NCBI GenBank assembly: GCA_030390025.1
Contig: JASTWF010000069.1
Coordinates: 248,001 to 312,000, forward strand
Length of the DNA: 64,000 nt
Reading direction: 5' to 3'
Source: Squalus acanthias
Taxonomy: Eukaryota
The translations under genes were made by a program, and so were the position numbers. Below, piece by piece: positions 24,765 through 35,507 of this stretch. The notes beneath the pieces were generated by a model. The model ran no database searches and was not told the origin of the DNA. It was given only the letters and a program-made list of their open reading frames with translations. How positions within the stretch are numbered: the first letter of the stretch is position 1; every line of letters starts with the position of its first letter.

Positions 24765-25940
24765 ATAGAATAGAATCAGAGAAATTTACAGCACAGAAGG
24801 AGGCCATTCGACTCACCGTGTCTGTGCCGGCCGAATGAGCTATCCAGTCTAATCCCACTTTCCAGCTCTTGGTCCATGGCCCTGTAGGTTACGGCACTTC
24901 AAGCGCATATCCAAGAACTTTTTAAATGCGATGAGGGTTTCTGCCTCTACCACCCTTTCAGGCAGTGAGTTCCAGACCCCCACCACCCTCTGGGTGAAAA
25001 AAGTTCTCCTCAACTCCCCTCTAATCCTTCGACCAATTACTTTAAATCTCTGCCCCCTGGTTATTGACCTCTCTGCTAGGGGAAATAGGTTCTTCCTATC
25101 CACTCTATCTAAGCCCCTCATCATTTTATACAACTCAATTAAGTCCTTCCCTCAGCCTCCTCTGTTCCAAAGAAAACAACCCCAGCCTATCCAATCTTTC
25201 CTCATAGCAGAAATTCTCCAGTCCTGGCAACATCCTCGTAAATCTCCTCTGAACCCTCTCCAGTGCAATCACGTCTTTCCTGTAATGTGGTGACCAGAAC
25301 TGTACACCGTACTCTAGCTGTGGCCTAACTAGTGTTTTATACAATTCAAGCATAACCTCCCTGCTCTTATATTCTATGCCTCGGCTAATAAAGGAAAGTA
25401 TCCCGTATGCCTTCTTAACCTGTTACCTTCAGGGATCTGTGGACATGCACTCCAAGGAGCCTCTGTTCCTCTACAAGTCTCAGTATCCTACTATTTATTG
25501 TGTATTCCCTTGTCTTGTTAGCCCTCCACAAATGCATTACCTCACCCTTCTCCAGTTTGAATTCCATTTGCCAGTTCTCTGCCCACCTGACCAGTCCATT
25601 GATATCTTCCTGCAGTCCACAGCTTTCTTCCTCACTGTCAACCATACGGCCAATTTTTAGATGATCTGCAAAATTCTTAATCATGCCCCCCTACATTGAA
25701 GTCTAAATTACGGATATATACCACAAAATGCAAGGGACCTGGAACAGAACCCCACTGGAAACAGCCTTCCAGTCACAAAAACACCCGTCGGCCATTACCC
25801 TTTGTTTCCTGCCACTGAGCCAATTTTGGATCCAACTTTCCCTTAGATCCCATGAGCTTTTACTTTTCTGCTCAGACTGTCATGTGGGACCTTGTCAAAA
25901 GCCTTGCTGAAATCTATGTATACTACATCAAACGGACAAT
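24765..25940 (-). mobile_element. Degenerate CR1 LINE
   Basis: YIDFSKAFDKVPH, LVRPQLEY and FFTQRVV on the minus strand; paralogues at ~43345-44550 and ~56430-57605. Confidence 0.88.
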
Positions 25941-25949
25941 CCTGTGGGT

Positions 25950-26660
25950 GGGGGGCAGTACTGAGGGAGCTCCGCACTGTCGGAGGGGCAGTACTGAGGG
26001 AGCGCCGCACTGTCGGAGGGGCAGTACTGAGGGTGCGCCGCACTGTCAGAGCGGCAGTACTGAGGGAGCGCCGCACTGTCGGAGGGGCAGTACTGAGGGC
26101 GCGCCGCACTGTCGGAGGGGCAGTACTGAGGGAGCGCCGCACTGTCGGAGGGGCAGTACTGAGATGCGCCGCACTGTCGGAGGGGCAGTACTGATGGAGC
26201 GCCACACTGTCGGAGGGGCAGTACTGAGGGAGCGCCGCACAGTCGGAGGGACAGTACTGAGGGAGCGCCGCACTGTCGGAGGGGCAGTACTGAGGGAGAG
26301 CCGCACTGTCAGAGGGTCAGTACTGAGGGAGCGCCGCACTGTCAGAGGGGCAGTACTGATGGAGTGCCACACTGTCGGAGGGGCGGTACTGAGGGAGCGC
26401 CGCACTGTCGGAGGGGCAGTACTGAGGGAGCGCTGCACTGTCGGAGGGGCAGTACTGAGGGAGTGCTGCACAGTTGGAGGTGCCGTCTTTCGGATGAAAC
26501 GTTAAACCGAGGCCCCTCGGGTGGACGGCCATCAATTCAAAGAGCAGGGGAGTTCTCCTCAGTGTCCTCAGGCCAATATTTATCCCTCAAGCAACATCCA
26601 AAACAGATTAACTGGTCATTTATCTCAGTGCTGTTTGTGGGATCTTGCTGTGTGTAAAGT
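25950..26660 (+). repeat. 33-bp minisatellite (~16 units) plus Deu-SINE body, inverted relative to 11536-12190
   Basis: (GGGGCAGTACTGAGGGAGCGCCGCACTGTCGGA)n followed by ggtgccgtctttcggatgaaacgttaaaccgagg. Confidence 0.9.
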
Positions 26661-28007
26661 GAAAAAACTGAAAATGGGAATTACCTTTCCGAGATACATT
26701 GGACTGTTGGTTGGGGGTCTCTCCTCATGTTGCTATGATTTGGGTCATGTTTGACTGTCCGTGTGGCCTCTAGACACACTACTTCTGATTGCAAGCATTC
26801 TCCAGGATCAACTCGACCTTCCTCAATCATTGCGATTGAGTTTACTTCAGTGTCCAGGACACATTGAACCCTCCATTGGTTGCTGCTGGGCTTGTTCCAG
26901 TATCTGAGACACATTGAACCTCCTCATGACTGTGGCTTTTTCACCAGACACCTTTTTACCTCTTTATTCCGAACCCTACTTGTTACCTCTACCCTGGCGA
27001 GCGGAGGCGAGAATTCCAGTCTCTGAATACTGGGTTGACATCCAGCGAGGTTCTGGTGCCCGATGGGAGCGGAGTGTCAACCCGACACCCATCGTATCTA
27101 GCCGGACCCTCCTGGTAGGGCAATGTTCATCAGGCTAAGGACCCATCCATATAAAAAGGGTCTTCATAATGGAGCACAATCTACTGGATGTAAAAGCAGT
27201 GGAACGAATGAGTTGCCACATTTTTGAAATAATAATTCTCGAGATGTCGCTGGCAAGGCCGGCATTTATTGCCCATCCCTCGTCGTCCCTTGAGAAAGTG
27301 TTGGCGGGCCTTCTTCTTGAACCGCCACCATCCCTTGTGGTGAAGGTGCTCCCGCGGCGCCGTTAGGTCGGGAGTTGTGGGATTTTGAACCAGCGACGAT
27401 GACGGAACGGCCGATATATCTCCAAGTCGGGGACGGTGAGTGTGTGTGTGACTCGGAGGTGATGGTGTTCCCATGCACCGACTATCCTTGTCCTTCCAGG
27501 AGTGGTGCTGGAGGTGACGTGTCTGGGAGGTTTTGTCGAAGAATGTGGCACTGGGCACAGAAGAGAAAGAAGACTTGTTATCCTCCTTGTCCTGTCACCC
27601 TCCTCCAGGAAGCTTCAACCCCAGCCAATAAACTCATTCTTTCCCCCAAAAAAGCCTTCTTTTCAGTAAATCCAACTCCTTCTCTCATCTCATTAAACAT
27701 TTCCCCCCCCAACAGCTCCTTCTCTGGGCTTCCTGAATGTGTTTTTCCCCCAATAGGCTGAGCTTTCTGAAGTTGGCCATTGAGTTTGACCTTTCACCTC
27801 CCAGCCCACTTTCCAATTTGAACATTTTCTTCCCCCAACGGTTTCTGCTCGCGCCAGTCGCGGGCCGGGAGGCAGCCGGCCAATCAGGGGCCGAGGAGCG
27901 CTGTCACTCAGCGGGTCGCCCCGCCCACTCTGGCTCCGCCCCTCCCATCGCTCGCTGATCCACAAGGAGTCTCTCCCTCACTGTGTTTGTCTCTGTAACA
28001 GGCTCAG

Positions 28008-28525
28008 TCCGTGTCTTCAGAGCCGGAGATTGACGGAGAGACAGACCGAGCCCCCAGTCCCCCCGCCCATATCAGTTTGCAGCATCCAGACATCAAACCG
28101 CGGCAGGTTAGCCTGACACCCTGTAAAGGTCTTGGTTACATCTGTGCTGTGTGGAGACTGAATTTGTGATTCGAGCCACACAGAGTCCCGGAGGCCGGTC
28201 TCTCCCCCTCCCCGCAGCGCCGAGACCATCGCTCGCTCTGCCCGGAGTCCGGGCCCACATCCCCCGGATACCATCGCTCGCTCTGCCCGGAGTCCGGGCC
28301 CACATCCCCCGGATACCATCGCTCGCTCTGCCCGGAGTCCGGGCCCACATCCCCCGGATACCATCGCTCGCTCTGCCCGGAGTCTCTCTTCACTGTGGAC
28401 AATGGCGGCGCTGCACAGCTGACAGTCGGATCAGGAGGAAGAGATGGTTCAGCTCTGACTGACACCCCTGGCGGCCAATCACAGCCCCGGGATTGACCGC
28501 AGTAAAAGGAAACAACAGGAAGTCA
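28008..28525 (-). pseudogene. Inverted orphan copy of the receptor promoter + ATG exon + start of intron 1
   Basis: Reverse complement matches 12540-13053 without the 140-bp insert; no leader exon follows. Confidence 0.8.
28226..28384 (-). repeat. 45-bp tandem repeat (~3.5 units) containing the ATG|GT junction
   Basis: Unit CCATCGCTCGCTCTGCCCGGAGTCCGGGCCCACATCCCCCGGATA. Confidence 0.92.
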
Positions 28526-29702
28526 CCAGAGAGCCGAGGGAGTGTCTGGCTGTTCGACAGTTTGTGACGCGCCTATTTTCAGTAACAAACTCACTGAGGC
28601 TCTTTCCCCACCCGGGGAGGGGGAGAGGGACCCCAACGCCCGCTGATCCACCAGGAGTCTCTCCCTCTCTTTGTTTCTCTCTCTCTGTGTCCCGCTCTCT
28701 CTCTGTAACAGGCTCAGTGCGCCTCCTCCAGGTGAAAGGTTAAACTCAATGGCCAACTTCAGAAAGCTCAGTCTATTGGGGGAAAAACACATTCAGGAAG
28801 CCCAGAGAAGGAGCTGTGGTGGGAAAATTTTAATGAGATGGGAGAAGCAGTTGGATTTACTCCAAAGAAAGTATTTTTTACTGAAAGAATGAGTTTATTG
28901 GCTGGGATTGAAGCTTCCTGGAGGAGGGTGACAGGACAAGGAGGATAACAAGTCTTCTTTCTCTTCTGTGCCCAGTGCCACATTCTTCGACAAAACCTCC
29001 CAAACACGTCCCCTCCAGCACCACTCCTGGAAGGACAAGGACAGCCGGCGCATGGGAACACCATCACCTCCAAGTTCCCCCTCCGAGTCACACACTCACC
29101 GTCCCCGACTTGGAGATATATCGGCCGTTCCATCATCGTCGCCGGTTCAAAATCCCACAACTCCCGACCTAACGGTGCCACGGGAGCACCTTCACCACAA
29201 GAATTAACCGTGCTCTTAGCCAAGCTGTTCCAGTGCAGCTACAACACTGGCATCTACCCGACAATGCGGAAAACTGCCCGGGTATGTCCTGTCCACAAAG
29301 AGGTTGAAGGGGAACATTGGGTAGGGCACCGAAGAACTCTCCTGGTCTTACTCAGGGAATGCCATGGCATTGTTTACATTACATCTCCGCCCCTGCCTCA
29401 GCTCATCCGCTGCTGAAACCCTCACCCCTGCCTTTGTTACCTCCAGACTCGACTATTCCAACGCTCTCCTGGCCGACCTCCCACCTTCCACCCTCCGTAA
29501 ACTGAGCTCCTCCAAAACTCTGCTGCCCCGTGTCCTAACTCGCACCCAGTCCCCTTCACCCGTCACCCCCTGCCGCTTGCTGACCTACACTGGCTCCTGG
29601 TTAAGCAATGCCTCGATTTAAAAATTCTCATCCTTGTGTTCCAATCCCTTCATGGCCTCCTCGCCCTCTCCCTATCTCTGTAACCTCCTCCAGCCCCACA
29701 AC

Positions 29703-32210
29703 CCATGGAATAAAAGGGACAGTGGCAGCATGGATACGGAATTGGCTAAGTGACAGGAAACAGAGAGTAGTGGTGAACGGTTGTTTTTCGGACTGGAGGA
29801 AGGTATGCAGTGGTGTTCCCCAGGGGTCGGTACTAGGACCACTGCTTTTCTTGATATATATTAATGACTTAGACTAGGATGTACAGGGCACAATTTGAAA
29901 ATTTGCAGATGACACAAAACTTGGAAGTATAGTGAACAGTGAGGAGGATAGTGATAGACTTCAAGAGGATATAGACAGGCTGGTGGAATGGGCGGACACG
30001 TGGCAGATGAAATTTAACGCAGAAAAGTGTGAAGTGATACATTTTGGTAGGAAGAACGAGGAGAGGCAATATAAACTAAAGGGTACAATTCTAAAGGGGG
30101 TGCATGAACAGAGAGACCTGGGGGTATATGTAAATAAATCGTTGAAGGTGACAGGGCAGGTTGAGAAACTGGTTAAAAAAGCGAACGGAATCCTGGGCTT
30201 CATAAATAGAGGCACAGGGTACAAAAGCAAGGAAGTTATGATGATCCTTTATAAAACCCTGGTTCGGCCTCAACTGGAGTATTGGGGGCGATTTTCCCAA
30301 TGGAGGCGGGTTTCGGTTTGGGTGGGTTCCAAACCCGCCTCCACTCAGAGGTGGGAAAAATTTGCGATTTTCCCCTAATTGGCCAGTTGATTTCAGAGGT
30401 GTGAGTTCCCCTGGGCCAACTAGTGTTTTGGGACTGAAACTCGCCTCTACTGACGTCACTCATCCAGCGTCATTTAAGGGCTGCTTGTTGCCTTGGCTCA
30501 TTCCACTGGTTCTTGGTCGATGCTGCACCACCTCCAAGCTGTTATCTCCTTGAAGAATGGCCAGCTCCAAGGCAAGGGTCTCCCCGAGGTTCTCGGATGA
30601 GGCGCTGGGTATGCTGGTTGAGGGGGCGAGAGCTAGCAGGGAGGTGCTCTTCCCCTCATCTGGGAGGAAGAGGCCTCCCAAAGAAACCAAGGCTGTGTGG
30701 GTCCAGCTGGCAAGGGATATAACCTCCAGATCTGTGTGCAGATTGGGTGATTGATTCTGTTCATTGATGAAATGCCATCCCTGTGGGAATGTATTAAAAT
30801 TAGGTGATGGCAAACTGTTGGCGTGATGGCATCTGTTATTTCGGCTTAGGCAGCTCCACATTGCAGGCTCCACGACACTTGCGTGGTCAGGTTGGTGGTC
30901 AGAGTGAAAGGAGGCCAGAGAGTCATGTCCTTTGTCTATCCTGTGTTAAGAAGGAGCCAAGCACATGTGCCACAATGGGCAACCCGTGCAAATCTGGCCA
31001 GGATGAGTGCATTCCTTGCACGACGTGCTTCCATGCGCTGGCGCCTTCTGCCCTGTGCAGCATCAGGTGGGTGAGCAGGAGGTTGGGGCTCCTGCTGCTG
31101 TTGCTGCTGAGCTGCCTGGTTCTGCTGCTGCCGTGGCTGCTCCTCATCCGAATCTGAGGTCCATGATGAAAGGAAATAAATGGTTCCCATGCTGCTGGCA
31201 GATACCTCCGTTGGGGAAGCGCTCAGTCCAAGTGGGGAGAGGGTCTTCCAAGGAGGTCCCACAGTTGAGAGATAGAAGCTGCAGCACCTCCGACTTCGGT
31301 AGGCCTGCAAAAAGTGCTGAAAGACCTTTGGAACAAAAGTTCTGCCACCTGCAACAGCTTCCTGATGAAAGCTCCGTTTTAATGGAGCTGCAGCTGTGAG
31401 GAGGCCACCCACTTGTCAACCCGCCAGGATTGGCTGGCGTGGTTTAGGAGGGTCGTGCAACACGCACAAAATGTGGTAAAATAACAAAGGCCTGTCAAAA
31501 TCGGATTGTAGAGGCCCTTAACTACTATTTAAGGGTCTACCGCTCCCGATTGATGGAGGCGGGACCGAATCGCACCCAAGAAACCTGCCTCCGGCAAAAT
31601 TGCACGGAGGCGGGTTCCAAACCCACCCTCAGTTTTTGCCATTTTGCCAACTGTCCCGCCTCCAAACCCACCTCCTCGGGGCTGGGAAAATCACCCCCTC
31701 AGTGTCCAATTCTGGGCACCGCACTTTAGGAAGGATGTGAAGGCCTTAGAGAGGGTGCAGAAAAGATTTACTAGAATGGTCCCAGGGATGAGGGACTTCA
31801 GTTGCATGGAGAGACTGGAGAAGGTTGAGAGGAGATTTGATAGAGGTGTCCAAAATCATGAGGGGTCTGCACAGAGTAGATAGAGAGAAACTGTTCCCAT
31901 TGGTGGAAGGGTGGAGAACCAGAGGACACAGATTTAAGGTGATTGGCAGAACAACCAAAGGCGACATGAGGAAACGCTTTTTTACGCAGCGAGTGGTGAG
32001 GATCTGGAATGTTCTGCCTGAAATGGTGGTGGAGGCAGATTCAACCGTGGCTTTCAAAAGGGAATTGGATAAGTACCTGAAGGAAACAAATTCACAGGGC
32101 TGTGGGGAAAGGGCGGGGGAGTGGGACTGGCTGAAGTGATCTTGGAGAGAGCCGGCACGGGCTCGATGGGCCGAATGGCCTCCTACTGTGCTGTAACCAT
32201 TCTATGATTC
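29703..32210 (+). mobile_element. CR1 LINE fragment, nested in an L2-like fragment and split by a Harbinger-type element
   Basis: [10 protein letters not shown]...LVRPQLEY (to 30283) resumes as VQFWAPHFRKD (from ~31700); L2-like sequence on both sides (29385-29700, 32212-32530). Confidence 0.85.
30284..31698. mobile_element. PIF/Harbinger-type internally deleted DNA transposon
   Basis: TIRs GGGGGCGATTTTCCCA / TGGGAAAATCACCCCC. Myb/SANT-like remnant at 30557-30754 (PRFSDEALGMLVEG..REVLF..KAVWVQLA). A convergent remnant ending EARRARNALILARF resembles a transposase C-terminus. Confidence 0.72.
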
Positions 32211-32663
32211 TGACCCTCCGAGATCTCTGCGCTCCTCCAATTCTGGCCTCTAGCGCATCCCCCGATTTTAATCGCTACACCATTGGCAGCCGTGCCTTCA
32301 GCTGCCTGGGCCCTAAGCTCTGGAATTCCCTCCCTAAACCTCTCCGCCTCTCTCTCCTCCTTTAAGACCCTCCTTAAAACCTACCTCTTTGGCCAAGCGT
32401 TTGGTCACCTTTCCTAATATCTCCTTATCTGGCTCGGTGTCAAAATTTGTTTGATAATTGCTCCTGTGCAGCGTCTTGGGACGTTTTACTGCGTTAAAGG
32501 CACTATATAAATGGAAGTTGTTGTTGTTGTTTTGTTTCCTGTATTAATGGTGCTCAGCCAGAGATGGCGGTGTTGTCCAGCTCAACGGGCCAATGGTAAA
32601 CAGAGCACCAGCACCACCCGCTGGACGAAGGGCTGTATTGCAGGGACACCCTGGAGCAACATT

Positions 32664-33965
32664 AAAGAAAGACTCGCATTTCTCCAGCGCCTTTCACCAC
32701 CTCAGGACGTCCCAAAGCGCTTCACAGCCAATGAAGTACCTTTTTTGAAGTGTAGTCACTGTTGTAATGTAGGAAACGCGGCAGCCAATTTGCGCACAGC
32801 AAGCTCCCACAAACAGCAGTGTGATAATGACCAGATCAGCTGTTTCAGTGATATTGATTGAGGGATAAATATTGGTCCCAGGACACGGGGGAGAACTCGC
32901 GAGCTCTTCCAATAGTGGGCATGGGATATTTTACATCCACCTGAGAGGGCAGACGGGACCTCGGTTTAACCTCTCCAAATAGCGGCCCCTCCGTCAGTGC
33001 GGCGATCCCTCAGTACTGCCCCTCCGACAGGGCAGCGCTCCCTCAGTACAGCCCCTCCGACAGTGCAGCGCTCCCTCAGTACTGCCCCTCCGACAGTGTG
33101 GTGCTCCCTCAGTACTGCCCCTCCGACAGTGTGGCGCCCCCTCATTACTGGCCCTCGGACAGTGCGGCGCTCCATCAGTACTGCCCCTCCGACAGTGCAG
33201 CGCTCCCTCAGTACTGCCCCTCCGACAGTGCGGCGCTCCCTCAGTACTGCCCCTCCGACAGTGCGGCGCTCCCTCAGTACTGCCCCTTCGGCAGTGCGGC
33301 GCTCCCTCAGTACTGCCCCTCTGACAGTGCGGCGCTCCCTCAGTACTGCCCCTCCGACAGTGCGGCGCTCCCTCAGTACTGCCCCTTCGGCAGTGCGGTG
33401 CTCCCTCAGTACTGCCCCTCCGACAGTGCGGCGCTCCCTCAGTACTGCCCCTCCGACAGTGCGGCGCTCCCTCAGTACTGCCCCTCCGACAGTGCAGCAC
33501 TCCCTCAGTACTACCCCTCCGACAGTGCGGCGCTCCCTCAGTACTGCCCCTCCGACAGTGCAGCGCTCCCTCAGTACTGCCCCTCCGATAGTGCGGAGCT
33601 CCCGCAGTACTGCCCCTCCAACAGTGCGGCGCTACCGCAGTACTGCCCCTCCAACAGTGCGGCACTCCCTCGGTACTGCCCCTCCGACAGTGCGGCGCTC
33701 CCTCAGTACTGCCCCTCCGACAGTGCGGCGCTCCCTCAGTACTGCCCCTCCGACAGTGCGGCGTTCCCTCAGTACTGCCCCTCCGACAGTGCGGCGCTCC
33801 CTCAGTACTGCCCCTCCGACAGTGCGGCGCTCCCTCAGTACTGACCCTCTCTCAGTACTGCAGTGGGAGTGTTAGCCTGGATTTTGTGCTCAAGTTCTCT
33901 GGAGTGGGACTTGAACCCACAACCTTCTGACTCAGAGGCGAGCGTGCTACCCACTGAGCCACGGC
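32664..33965 (-). mobile_element. Full-length tRNA-derived Deu-domain SINE (SacSINE1-like) with an internal 33-bp expansion (~26 units, ~32985-33860)
   Basis: Minus-strand head GCCGTGGCTCAGTGGGTAGCA...GGTTCAAGTCCC (pol III A/B boxes), Deu-type body, tail ending GTCTTTCTTT. Confidence 0.85.
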
Positions 33966-34344
33966 TGATGCCTCAATTTGAGAGTTCTCTGGACATTGTG
34001 AACAGGATCCCCACAAGTCATCTTTAGGAGGAGAATGTGCAGCAAATTCAGATGCAGAAACTCTTTGTCATGAAGTACTCTCTCCACCTCGTGACATAAT
34101 CATACTCCCAGAATCAACCCTACATCCCAGACTCCTCTATCACCATCCCCGGGTACATCCTGTCCCACCGGCAGGACAGACCCACCAGAGGTGGGGGCTC
34201 AGTGGTATACAGTCGGGTGGGATTGGCCCTGGGAGTCCTCAACATTGACTCCGGACCCCATGAAGTCTCACAGCTTCAGGTCAAACATGGGCAAGGAAAC
34301 CTCCTGCTGATTACCACCAACCGCCCTCCCTCAGCTGATGAATC

Positions 34345-35500
34345 AGCGCTCACCATTTAAAAAATATTGTGTTTTTCTATTCTTCCTACCAAAGTGAATA
34401 ACCTCACATTTCCCCACATTATGCTCCATCTGCTGCCTTATTGCCCACTCACTGAATCTGTCTGTATCCCTTTGCAGGCTCTTGTCGTCCTCACAGCTTA
34501 CTTTCCCACCTAGCTTTGTATTGTCGGCAAACTTGGATACATTGCACTCGATCCCTTCATCTAAGTCATTAATATAGATTGTAAATAGCTGAGGCCCAAG
34601 CACTGATCCTTGCGGCACCCCACTAGTTACAGCCTGCCAACCCGAAAAAGACCCGTTTATCCCGACTCTCTGTTTTCTGTCTGTTAACCAATCCTTTATC
34701 CATGCTAATATATTACTCCCAACCCCATGAGCCCTTCATAGAATCATAGAAATTTACAGCACAGAAGGAGGCCATTCGGCCCATTGTGTCCGTGCCGGCC
34801 GACAAAGCTATCCACCCTAATCCCACTTTCCAGCTCTTGGTCCATGGCCCTGTAGGTTACGGCACTTCAAGTGCATATCCAAGTACTTTTTAAATGCGAG
34901 GAGGGTTTCTGCCTCTACCACCCTTTCAGGCAGTGAGTTCCAGACCCCCACCACCCTCTGGGTGAAAAAAGTTCTCCTCAACTCCCCTCTAATCCTTCTA
35001 CCAATTACTTTAAATCTATGCCCCCTGGTTGTTGTCCCTTCTGCTAAGGGAAATAGGTCCTTCTTATCCACTCTATCTAGGCCCCTCATAACTTTATACA
35101 ACTCAATCTAGTCTCCCCTCAGCCTCCTCTGTTCCAAAGAAAACCACCCCAGCCTATCCAATCTTTCCTCATAGCTGAAATTCCCCAGCCCAGGCAACAT
35201 CCTTATCTTGCGTAGCAACCTTTTATGTGGCACTTTATCGAATGCCTATTGAAAATCCAAATATACTACATCCATTGGTTCCCCTTTATCTACCCTGCTA
35301 GTTACCTCCTCAAAAAACTCAAATAAATTTGTCAAACACGATTTCCCTTTCATAAAACCATGTTGACTCTGCTTAATCATATTATGATTTTTTAAGTGCC
35401 CTGTTACCACTTCCTTAATAATGGATTCCAGCATTTTCCCGATGACTGAGATCAGGCTAACTGGTCTGTAGTTCCCGGTTTTCTCTCTCATTCCTTTCTT
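34345..35500 (-). mobile_element. CR1 fragment with a second CR1 3' end nested inside (34737-35200)
   Basis: NYRPVSL..YLDFQ and PQGSVLGP on the minus strand; inner piece begins catagaatcatagaa; CCTT at both junctions. Confidence 0.8.
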
Positions 35501-35507
35501 GATTTAG

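Larger units (their letters stand above)
27334..29201. repeat. ~470-bp inverted repeats (27334-27798 / 28731-29201) bracketing an orphan promoter/exon-1 copy
   Basis: Arms are reverse complements of each other and homologous to the 9601-10905 palindrome. Confidence 0.8.

Noticed and set aside
33895-33965. tRNA gene
   Set aside because: The A/B boxes are the head of the SINE and are continuous with its body
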